From positions 10,501,832-10,565,831 of the forward strand of contig OZ316897.1 of NCBI GenBank assembly GCA_973895155.1: a DNA stretch of 64,000 nt. Reading direction: 5' to 3'. Of the stretch, positions 14,893 to 25,843 are shown one piece after another. Both the position numbers and the translations under genes were made by a program. The number at the start of each line of letters is the position of its first letter. Position 1 is the first letter of the stretch. This stretch comes from Marsupella aquatica (Eukaryota; Plantae; Marchantiophyta). Below the pieces are notes generated by a model. That model made no database searches. It had not been told where the DNA came from and worked only from the letters and a program-made list of their open reading frames with translations.

Positions 14893-14984
14893 GAGACCAA
14901 TTGGGCTAGTGAACTTATAATGTGATTAGTTTAAAAACGAGACCAATTGGGCTAGTGAACTTATAATGTGATTAGTTTAAAAAC
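14893..14984. repeat. perfect 46-bp direct duplication
   Basis: GAGACCAATTGGGCTAGTGAACTTATAATGTGATTAGTTTAAAAAC occurs twice in tandem. Confidence 0.9.
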
Positions 14985-15029
14985 ATTCTCCATTTATATT
15001 GAAGGGTAGTTTAATTAAAGGGGTAGGGG

Positions 15030-16395
15030 GGGTAGCCTTAGTTAGGGCTGACTTTAGTTGTGGACTAGATTACTTAGTTAGGTTAACTATGTTGTGCATT
15101 GTATCTAAAGCAGTGTTTGTTTGGATAGAAGGAACTCAGGCTCATTGTTATATAGCAAGTTAACTAGAGACTCACTGATAAAGAGATCTTGTATTGTGAA
15201 GACTTGATACGGTGGTCGTCGATGGGCCTAGAGTACAATAAAGCTTTCGTGTGTTCCCGTGGACGTAGCCTCAGCTTAAGTGAACCATTTGTTTTTGTGT
15301 GTCGACTACTTGTGTATTGGATGATCAAGAGCTTGTCATTATGAATGTTATTTTTGGTCACCAATTGGTATTAAAGCATGCCTGGGAGGTGACGAATCAT
15401 AGGTTTTCATGACTGGGTTTGTGATGGGTTTTTTTGGCGTTCAATGTTGTGGGTTTTCCGGAGTTTTGTGGCATTAAACATGGAAATTATGGGCTTAGTG
15501 GATAGATAAGTACGAGGGTTTTCTGACGGTGCTTAGGAATCACTTATCATTATCCATGGTGTAGAGGAATCAAAGTTCTCATTACGAGTCTCATTATATA
15601 TTTTGGATTTTTGGTTGAGTTTTGTGTTCAACAATTTTTTGAAGGAGGGACCAAAGTACTTTTTTTGACAATGCAAGTTATGCGGCAAAGGAGCTGTTGC
15701 ATGTTATAGCTCAATGTGTTTACCAAGACAAGGTGATCATTTTGGTATCTGGTTTGCTGACATTTGTGTTGAGCATAGATGACATTCGCAACGACAAGCC
15801 CATGAACCATCCAACGCACAATAGTCAACACAGAGAGATACGTGGTTCACCTCCACATGAGGCTACGTCCACGGGAACACACAAGAGCTTTACTGCACTC
15901 TAGGCCAACATGCCATACTAAGCATCCACAGCATAAGCTCTCCCTATCTCTCAACTAGATCCGTAACAATGAGCCTAAGTTCCACCAGGGCTGGCTTCAG
16001 CCCTAGCTATATACACAACAACACTACCGCTAACATTAGCTAAGTCCTAACCCGAGTTAGCCTAACTATAGTTAGCTCATGAGTCACAAGACTAGAGCAA
16101 TATCTAACAATTTGTATAATTAACAAGTGCAACGCAACAAGCAAAAGAAGATATCTGGCTTTTTGATAGGCTATTGAGTTACCTGAACCAAGTTTCTTGT
16201 TGTTGTGTTTAACTTGGAGGAAGAACCGCGGAGTTTTGAGACTCAACAAACTAAGAGATTGCAGCAAGGCGGTTGGGTTGAGTCAGAGATTGGTACTTGA
16301 CTCGGAGAGAGTGATTCATGATGGATTTTGTTTTTGGCTGAGCTTGCAGATGATCGATGCCGGTGCAATTTGGTAACTTTTCCCGTCAATAGTCA
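15030..16395 (+). mobile_element. old, degenerate LTR element of the same family as 1-984, interrupted by a solo LTR
   Basis: ~15030-15363 resembles the reverse complement of the LTR (e.g. GTGTTCCCGTGGACGTAGCCTCA). It is followed by a decayed PBS, TGGTATTAAAGC-ATGCCTGGGAGGTGACG (from 15366). Internal sequence on both sides of the solo LTR is colinear with the reverse complement of 1-627. Outer boundaries are approximate. Confidence 0.75.
15767..16109 (-). mobile_element. solo LTR (343 bp) with 5-bp TSD
   Basis: Ends TGTTG...TAACA, flanked by ATTTG at 15762-15766 and 16110-16114; matches the LTR at 642-984. Confidence 0.92.
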
Positions 16396-18149
16396 ACACT
16401 TTTCTCAAGTAAAACAACAGCGCTTAAGGTTAATTAACCCAACAAACAAATTGTAAGGTTGAAATGGACAACATGACATCTCAAAATCACTGTTCATATA
16501 GCACACAGTACCCCAACACAAAGATATGTGATTCGACCCGTCTAGACTTTTTGGATTATTTGCTTGAGTTGAGAGGTACAAGAGTTTGGTAGACTCTCAA
16601 GTAAGAACCTCTGACTTGCATAAATTGTAGGGGCTGGTCTACATTTTATATGGACTCAAAATTTGGGGCTACAAAAAAACATAAAATCTTTAAAATACCT
16701 AGGTTTTCCACTTTAAAAATTTCTGAGTCGCATATGACAGAAGTTTGGTTTTCCTTTTTTAATTCCACATAAGATTAAATTCAAATATTTCCTAACTAAA
16801 GCTTGTTGTAATTTTATCAAAATTTTTTATAATTCTAATCAAAAAACTCAGTATAATGCTGGCTAGTTTGGTTGTATACCTTGTATTAAAAAAACCTATA
16901 TAATTAACTTTTGAGCAATTTTTTCCACATCACAACTTGTTCAGTTTATTTTTAGTTACATTTTTGGATTCCTTGCATGAGTCGAGGCATGAGTTGAGAT
17001 GTACAATAGTTTGCTACACTAAAAAATTTAACATGATCAATTAACATGATCAACTAACATGATCAAATAATTAAAACCTTGAGTTAAAAAAATAGGAATT
17101 GTGTACTTGGAGTAGACTAAAATGAAACTTAACATGATCAATTGGATGTAAGTAAAGTTATTACAAGATATCAGAAACTAGCCTCAATATAAGAAGGGGA
17201 GGTGCATACCCAAGCAGTTGTGAAAGCCAGTGCACAAAGAAAAGTAAACCCAAGAGAACCTACCACCGCTAATCAAAAGCCCTTTTAGAATTGGCTATCA
17301 AAAATCTTAGTAACTAGTGTGATCCAAAATATGTATTTTTTTAATTAATAACTAAATTTTTAGAAAAAGTAGAAGATAAAAAATTAAGTATGGTAAACTC
17401 AATCATGTTTATAAAATAATTATTATATAATATTTTTTTTATAAAGTAAAAATAGATAATACTCAAACTCATTTGATTGAAATATATAGGCAATATAAAA
17501 TTTTGCAGTCTGTGCTCATGAGTATGGTACCATTAAAAATTTTTTAAAAAATCATTTCACTTTCAAATGGAGTTTAATAGTCACATGTAATAGCTGAAAG
17601 AATATGTATGAAATTAAACTAGCCCCGACTACCCATTCTTTGAACATGAATAGCGTTGGGGAGTCACTACATGGAGGGTCATAAATCACATGCAAATGTT
17701 TGGATCATTTATGACCCCCTAAGCCACTTTATATAAATTTGTACTACAACAATCATGTGATGACATGTATGCATTTTGCAATTAAACAATCCTATATTAT
17801 TTTCATTGAAAAATTAATAAATCTTCTATCACAACCATTTAAATGGTCCTATACTTCGTTGTTCATGATATGTCACTTTCATAGAAATGACCCCTAAGAA
17901 TAGCGGAGAGAACAATAAAAATGTTATCAAAATATATTCTCTAGATTCATATTCTTTGAAGGTTAATGAAAAGGAAAAAAACCCATCCTTTTAATATATA
18001 GTCATATATAATATACCATCTATCTTTGTATGCATATACTTTTTCCTATGCACATGTATTGTGGTGGGGCCATAGTGCTCATTTTTTGAATATAAATACT
18101 TAAAAATTATCAAAAAAAGTTGAATGTATGGACATACATATATCATAGT

Positions 18150-18450
18150 CATCAAATTTTTCCATGCACATGAGTTTTTCTATGCACATGATGACCATGG
18201 AACTAGGGTCTAGAGGTTACACTCTAGACCTAGGCTCTTAAAAATAGACATCAAATTTTCCCAGGCACATGAGTTTTTCTATCCACATGATGGCCATTGA
18301 GCTAGGGTCTAGAGGTTTCATTGTAGACCTAGGCTCTCAAAAGTAGACTTATCAAATTTTCCCATGCACAGAAGCACATGAGTTTTTCTATGCACATGAC
18401 AACCATGGAGCTAGGGTCTAGAGGTTTCATTCTAGACCTATGCTCTTAAA
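18150..18450. repeat. ~99-bp tandem repeat x3 with an internal inverted repeat
   Basis: Unit CATCAAATTTTCCCATGCACATGAGTTTTTCTATGCACATG...CTAGGGTCTAGAGGTT...TCTAGACCTAGGCTCT starts at ~18150, 18249 and 18350. Confidence 0.85.
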
Positions 18451-18631
18451 ATTAATCCGTGGACCCCCATGTTATTTTAGAGGCTGTTATCTAAAAGCTG
18501 AAGCCTAGATGGACCTCCAAATCTAAAGAAAACAAATTCAAAAATGGACAAATCAATGTTTGACACTTGAAACAGTTGCCAAACTTATCAAGGCAACCAT
18601 AATTAATATCAATCGCAAAATCATATTGTTA

Positions 18632-19116
18632 TATACCCCATTAGGGGTCCTTTCCAAAATTCCTGTTTAATGTGTGGGTAACTTAATTGTCCACTTTAGC
18701 AAGAAGGTGCTCGTTGGTTAGCTCAACTAAATCTGTCAATGTTAAGTTCATTAAAAAACTAAAGAAATTATAAAATTCATAATCTCCTTAGTACTCGATA
18801 AAGTCTGTCAATTTTAGGTTCATTCTCATGAAAGAGGTAAACATTTCAAGGATTGTACAACATAGATTTATATTCACGTTAGAGATTATGAAATCAGGGG
18901 TAAATTTTATTTTTCAAATTACTTACATATTTAATAATTTTCCAAAAACAAATCTCTTCCTGTTTTCAAATTTACTTACAAAATTATTTAAGTTGCCACA
19001 AACACGAACCTAGAAGTTAATTCTCTCCAAAAACAAATCTCTTCCTGTTTGGAGCATGCCATGATGTGGCGCGCTGTGAAGTCAGAAATTTTAGAAAGGT
19101 CCCCTAATGGGGTCTG
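18632..19116. mobile_element. non-autonomous TIR element (MITE), probably Tc1/mariner-type with TA target
   Basis: Left end ACCCCATTAGGGGTCCTTTCCAAAATTCCTG is an imperfect inverted repeat of right end CAGAAATTTTAGAAAGGTCCCCTAATGGGGTCTG. TA on both flanks, AT-rich non-coding interior. Confidence 0.7.
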
Positions 19117-19911
19117 TAAATAGAATTTATAATAAAATATACAAATAAAATATAGAAAAATATAAATTGGGGTCTTTTGACTTGTGAGCCTAGATGATAT
19201 GTGGGTAATTGATAAAGTGCTCAAATTGATAGTAAATAAACATCACTCGCCCTGAATCGCGGTTGACTTTGAGTTCGTGAGAAGTTCACCGTGAGTTTGG
19301 GAAAAAGGAGAGCGAGATTAAGGGCACCTTGCCAAGTTGTAATGCACGATCTGCAGCTGACGGAATAGAATATAGCTTACAGTCGCTGATCAGCTTCCGC
19401 TTTGAATGGGATTCTTTGTCTTGATCTTTAATTGTTTGGTGAGCTAGCTGGGCCCGTACCGACTCCATGCAGCCCAGCCACTGACGATCATGCACTCCAG
19501 TTGCTCTTAAGCTCGATTGAACCGAATTGTTCGCTCAATCACATGCGCTTCAATTCGTTAAATTGCCCAGAGCCTGGCTGCCATCGAGCATGATCGTGGT
19601 TCTCGATTACTGACCACCGTCATTTTATTCTCTGCTGGGTTGACATTCATCTAAATCGATCCAAAACGTACGTATGAGGTGAAGGGGCTTCATTGCCAGC
19701 GTTTCTCTGGTTCGTTGACATTGATTGTTCTACACCCAACCTGAGAGGGAAAGCCTGAGTTTCCTGCGCCCAGTAACACCTCTAAGCTAGTCACACTCTT
19801 CGATCGTCGACTGCTCACTCCTGCTGTCAAGGGAGAGTGAAGAAACGGGCTGGATCGGTTGATAGATTGAGCTTCCCCGAATCAGAATGTAATACACGCT
19901 CATCGAGCAAG

Positions 19912-22132
19912 ATGGGAAAGCTCGCATTCGTCTGTATGGTGTGCCTTATCGTCGCTGCTTCGTCGTTGACATTGTCCTGTGCTGCTCCGGCGCTGCCGCG
20001 TTCTTTGCCGCCAGGTACTGATTTACTCCGTAATTGTAAGTCATTTAGTATATATGAGAGCACTGGTACTGAAATTGTAAGTCAGGTCGTATTCAGCACT
20101 GGTACTGGTCGGGCCTTCAGATTTATACTTACTTTTGCGAGACAGAACTAAACAGACATGTAGAATCCTTACAACTCAGATTTCTGGCAGTCTAAATCGA
20201 GTGACCCTGTTTAATTAGGCAAGTAGAGTATTTTTGCTCTGCTTGTATTGGAGCGGTTTTTTGAATTCCAATGAAGATTAGACAATTTTCATGACTCAAG
20301 CTAGTGAAGGGGACTGAAGAATTCATTGGAATTCTATGAACCTGTTGTCCAAGATATCTTGACAGACAACCTCAAAGTGAATGCTCAGCAGAGCAGTCAA
20401 GCTACTCGGCCATTTAAGTCATATATATAGATTGCCTTCCTGGTCACTCAAACAAGTCCAGAAGCACTGTAATTATTAAAGATCTACATATCACCCTCAA
20501 GATTAGAAGTACAGTAGGTATCTCTTCGGAAATCTCAACAGGCATTTCCATTGCACTCCACAGCTGTGTTCGATACTCGGTGGGTTTTTATTGTATTGAA
20601 CATGGCGAAGTTATTGCTGTTTTGGAGATTTCCACGATATTGATACTCATCCCTAGCTCGCTGGCTAACTTGACCTTAGGGGCATGTTGTGAGTACAGAT
20701 CAGATCTCGGCATCAGAGACAACCACCAGCAAGCCGAATAAGGTGAATCATGCTACTGATTCGATTGTGGCGGAATCTGACGAAGAACTCACAAATTCCA
20801 ACTGGGAGGAACTTTCCGAAGTAAGTCCGTTTCCTTTAATACGTACGTACATTTTATCATGTCTCTGCATGCATGCATGTAACTTCGAGACCTTACTCCC
20901 GAGTTGGCCAACCCAATTTCGTGGAAGATCGAGTCGCCTTGGATCTGTCTACTACTCTAACGATTTTTCACGAGCCATCGGCGGGATAGTTTCATTGGAT
21001 ATCCAAGGCTGATATACCTACAGTCGTTCAATGAAGCCTAGCTTGTTCACATCAAGTGGAGATTGGCTCAGTGGTGGATCAATTTCAGTTCGAGCGAGAT
21101 ACCTACTAGACTCCTCATCAAGCCTGCCCGAGCTCTTATCCTCATCGAGTGGACGGGTATCATGAGTAATCACTATGAAGCCCGGAACGAGTCCGAGCTG
21201 ATGTGTCCTAATCTAATTATCTGTGTATTGGGTGATCGACTCAATGAGCGATATGCGTTCGATCGATCAGACAGTTCAATCAATTAGAACTTTACAGAAA
21301 GCCCTGGCTCTAGACATGCTACTTCATATTGTCCAGTTCATAGAAAGTGAGTAATCACGCAAGACCGATGGAAGATTGACGAAGGCTTCTATCTCATTTG
21401 CTTGACTGCAGTCCACGGAATTGGCCGTGTGCATGGACGGTGATGAAATCGGCACCGGGGAATTATCATTGAAAAAGCCTGAAGTTGAGAAATCTTGCCG
21501 TCGGATGCTGGGGGATGATTACGGGGGAGATTACGGGTCACCAGGAACCAACAAGAATCAAAAGGGTAAGATTCCAGTTCAGCCCTATTATCTTTAACGA
21601 GACACTTAACTAAGCTTCAATGATCACAGTTCACAGATATCCATTAGGCAGATAGAATCCGCCGTGAAATGTACAAATGTTGTGCCGGACAAATATTTGG
21701 GCTAGTCTGATTTGTGTACACTGTTTTAAATGAATTGGAGTATAAAATATAAAAATATCACTAGTACTGTAGTACAATGAGGGTAGAAATTTGAGATATC
21801 AGGTAAAGTTAAGACGTCATAAATGTAATGTGAAACAATACAGGCTGGCCTGACTCTATCAATAATACCGTGGATTAAGAACTTGTTACGAAAAAAATAC
21901 TATCAAATTTTTGGAAACATCCTCCCATATGACTCGATGTTAGTTACATAAGTGAACGCTAATATAGGAGAGGAAATGAACTGGAACATTCAAGTAAATT
22001 CAAGGTCTAGTTCAATTTTGAATGGTGAATTCTTTACTGGTGTTTACAGGTGACTACAACTACGACTATTCTTACAAGAAGAAGCCGGCCAAGAAGGGTA
22101 AAAACAACAAGAAGAGTTCCAAGAAGGATTAA
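19912..22132 (+). CDS. secreted tyrosine-sulfated-peptide-type precursor (PSK/PSY-like), 153 aa, 4 exons
   Basis: Exons 19912-20014, 20699-20820, 21412-21565, 22050-22132, all GT-AG and phase-consistent (462 nt). Product MGKLAFVCMVCLIVAASSLTLSCAAPALPRSLPPDQISASETTTSKPNKVNHATDSIVAESDEELTNSNWEELSESTELAVCMDGDEIGTGELSLKKPEVEKSCRRMLGDDYGGDYGSPGTNKNQKGDYNYDYSYKKKPAKKGKNNKKSSKKD: signal peptide, acidic proregion, C..C-RRML, four DY motifs. Confidence 0.75.
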
Positions 22133-23809
22133 GAAAGATTGATCCATTTCAAAGTATCTGAATGTGATCATGTCATCAAGTTGATAGGTTTGGGACACGA
22201 GACACCTTCCAAATTTAGTCCTCCCACTTTTGAACTTGGCTGGCTTTACAATGGATTTTGGAGGAGAATGTTTATAAACCTCCCTGCTTCAACGAATATG
22301 GTAGGTGCTAGTGTACACTCAGTCTGGGAACCAAGAAGTATCATGCATAAGTTGAAAAATGGAGCTAGTAGATACTATGCAGATAGTTCATATATTTACA
22401 CAAGGTAGCTTGTTGGATCACACAGAAGTTTAGGTGTGAGGAAATTTAGTAAGACCAGACTTGCATGTGAGTTGGCCTTAAGATAATTAAAGGTCCTGAG
22501 ATGCTTGGTTTGGTGGCAACTTTTTGTGACAAGAGAGATTTATTAATGGCTTAGTTTGTGCTGATCCTAAGGAGTATTTTTGGGATCGGAGGCCAACCTA
22601 TGTAGGACCAAATTCTTTCCACCCAAAAACTTCTAGCCTGCAATTTTCACAAAAGCCAAAATCTCAAACACTTGACTGTCTACATTTTATCCAGATCGAG
22701 TTGGTCTACTAGCTGGTTATTAATTTGTAGACATAAAGCTAGGGAGTTTTAGGGCCAAATAAATTTTAAAGGATAGATACATGTGATGGCTTTTAGTTTG
22801 TCCACTGGGACTGCAGACCTTGGAGTTAGCGTATAAATAACAAATTGGGGAAATGGACCATGGAGCAAACAGCAACTTACGCTAAATGGCCCAAAATCTT
22901 TGAGTCCACATGGTATGGACCGAATGAGGGACTAAATGGCAGAATGCTACTCAAATTTCTCATTAAAGTTTGTGTCTTTGTGTTGAGCTCATATTTACCT
23001 TAACATACAGAAGTATTAATGTTTAATTTGTGCTTGATAAAATAATTTGTTGTAGTTTATGTGATGGAATTCAAGGAAAAGGAAAGTAAGGAAAAAGAAA
23101 TACAATCTGATATTGTTGTCACACTTTTGATTCTGAATAATTGCATTCTGCTTTGTAGCTAGCAATAGTGAGATAGTTCATTCAAAGGAAAAATTGTATT
23201 TGAGGTTGCAACAACAGTATTTTAAGAACAGTCTAGCTATAGACTGGAATAGTTGAACAGAGTTCTTTGTCCAACATTGTGGTCCATCAGGGCTTCTTTT
23301 AATTTACCAGATAGATAGTTACAGACTCCATACCTACAATTCATTACTCTTAGATACATTTTTACACAACCGATTGTTCAAGTTGTCACTAATTTATGCA
23401 TGTTTCACCTGGCCATACGTATGCTGAAGTTTCTTGGACTTTCAATCATACCTGGAACTGAGCATTCTTAACATATAGAGGTGGTTATAAGGAAGGTTAT
23501 CAGTTTATTCTCTATGGTAAACCAACAATAAACTGGCGCTATGAGAATTTTAGATGGGGTGTATCGGGGGGTGTATAAACAGTCTTTCTTCGTTACTTGT
23601 AGACTCTTCAGATAGCCAAATGAGTATTTCAGAGATATCTGGCTAATAATTATATGACAATTCACGGACAACTCACGTTCCAATACAATGGACATGGAGG
23701 GAATGAAAGCCAACTGGATATTAGTTACAATTGCTGCTATGAGATGTGAAAAACTTTGACAAGCTGCACGTTTACTTAGCAAGAGTTAGGAATGAACACT
23801 GAAGTGGTC

Positions 23810-23917
23810 CTTAAACCACCACTGTCCATTTCTCTCCTCTAGGGTGAGACTTTGCTCCACAATTTCAAGAAAATAGGTCTAAAAATGGTGAAACGCCATG
23901 GACAGTGGTGCTTTAAG
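23810..23917. repeat. 108-bp fold-back element / small MITE with TTAA at both ends
   Basis: CTTAAACCACCACTGTCCAT (23810-23829) is a 19/20 inverted match to ATGGACAGTGGTGCTTTAAG (23898-23917). Confidence 0.7.
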
Positions 23918-24365
23918 AATCAGTCGGCGGGAATGCACCACACCAGCATCAGTAAGTGCTAATAGGACCGTAAAGAGACTAACCTAAATCTAATCGTAAT
24001 CACAAATATCCAGGCCTGTCCAGATAACATGTAAACAGGGAGGCCATAGCCAGCGGAACGAAGTAGACGAGGATGGTAGTACACAGATGATCAGCCAAAG
24101 AGCCGAGGAAAAGCTGTAGAGTGATCTTCCCATCTTCTTCTCTAATTATATGGCAATGACACACAACTATGTACATATTTGCCAGCTAAAGGTTACCAGA
24201 CACCTACACATGTTCATTTAAATAAATAAAAATCAGCTAGGGCCTTTCCCCTTCCTCTTCCCTCCCTTTATTGGGTTGCTCCGCCTTTCGGATCCTGTCT
24301 GACTCCCTGTTTGACGTTTTGTCCTTTGGCACTGTGATATAGGTGGGTTTTGTAATATAAGGTGC

Positions 24366-25843
24366 TCAGGTAGAACTCAGTTGAACACTGAGATCCCAGA
24401 CCTTCTTAGCTTATTGTTCATCTTCTGCCAAAGGATGGTAGGTTTTTGGATCGAACTCATCGTTATCCACAAAGTATTTGCCACTGACTCCTTTCAAAGA
24501 TGGATAAAGAGTAACATAACAAGCACCAGAAGCTCCCTGCAACAAGTCGAGAGGAACCCAATAATTTATTTGGTATGAATCGTACCTACGTGAATGCAGA
24601 AGAGTCAGCTCAAAATAGCAGCATTTTTTATAATTCTTCCATCAAATGGATATGATGGTTGGCATGTAGCCAATACATCAATATCGTCCAGGCAATTTAT
24701 TGCTAGAATTTCAATCACAGTGACTGCATCCTTCTACATCCTACTAGAGCAGAATAACTTGCCTGAGGAATGCTCTTCCAGGTCCAGAATGAGGCGAGGT
24801 ACATAAATCCTGTCAGATAATCCCCAGAAAAAGCTGTCAGGAGAAAACTGCGTAAGGGATGAAGAAAATCCTTCCTGTCCGTCTAACGCCAGCACTGTCT
24901 CAATAGATGAAGGCACTACTCTCGAGACTACGTACTCTATATAGTCACATGATCAAAAGATTAAATCGCACCTCAAACCTATACCAATGCGGTGAAACGA
25001 AAGTAGTGCCTATGCCTGACGATCGGAAAGCTGGCTTTGAAGTGCTTTCCAAATGGTCGCAAACGGTTATCTTCATATACGAGGATTCTGACTACTTACT
25101 CATTAGCCACATGTGCTGCCTGCCAAGACTGGTAAGGATCCTTCCGGAATGAACTGAATTTGCGTTCACATTTGTTATTACTTTCTCCTGTTACCATAGA
25201 TAAAGAGGTTATTGAGATGACGATATATATTCCGCATCCACTTTTAGAAATTAGGCGAGTCTCCATATATTATTTACTAAATAAAGGAAACTAAAAGTTG
25301 GAGGACTATCCTCCGTTTCCTTCGAACTCTTACAAAACAAAAGAAACGTACCGCAGAACAGACCCGAGCACAGCAGTGATGTTTATAGTCATCTTATATG
25401 TTAACAGGGAGCGAGCAAGCCTGGATTATTGCTAACTTACCTGCAGTCTCCTTGTCAGTTCTTGCGCATGGTAAACATTCGCAAGCTTTGATATACCATA
25501 TGCCAAAAAAAGCCTGTTTTCAAGTTGCAGCGGCATGTTCAAAAGATCAGCGGGGTCATCTTCCATGCAACCTTTTGGTCTGCTACAAGGTCTGAGGCAG
25601 CTTTCAACATTGAAGGCGAACATTATAAGCAACGGCAATGTTCATGTTCAACGGAAATGTTCATGTTCACGAAAATTGTTTACCCTTTATCCTCGTTGAT
25701 GCTATCCTTATCCCATGCAGTGGGGTTTGGAGCTGGAAATCTTATTCCTGCAGAAGACAAGATAACGATCCTGCTCTCGATTCCAGTATTCCTTGCTGAC
25801 TCGATCAGCCTTTCAAGGAAGAGTTCCGTCAGTAAGAAATGTC
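24366..25843 (-). pseudogene. TIC32-like SDR, copy 3, inverted and 5'-truncated
   Basis: Only exons 4-8 are present: 25843-25684, ~25520-25441 (ancestral acceptor AACAG mutated to AACTT), 25187-25100, 24809-24763, 24536-24366. Premature TAA at 24411-24413 (GAA in the paralogs). Homology stops in intron 3 near 26030 and I found no exons 1-3. Confidence 0.85.
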
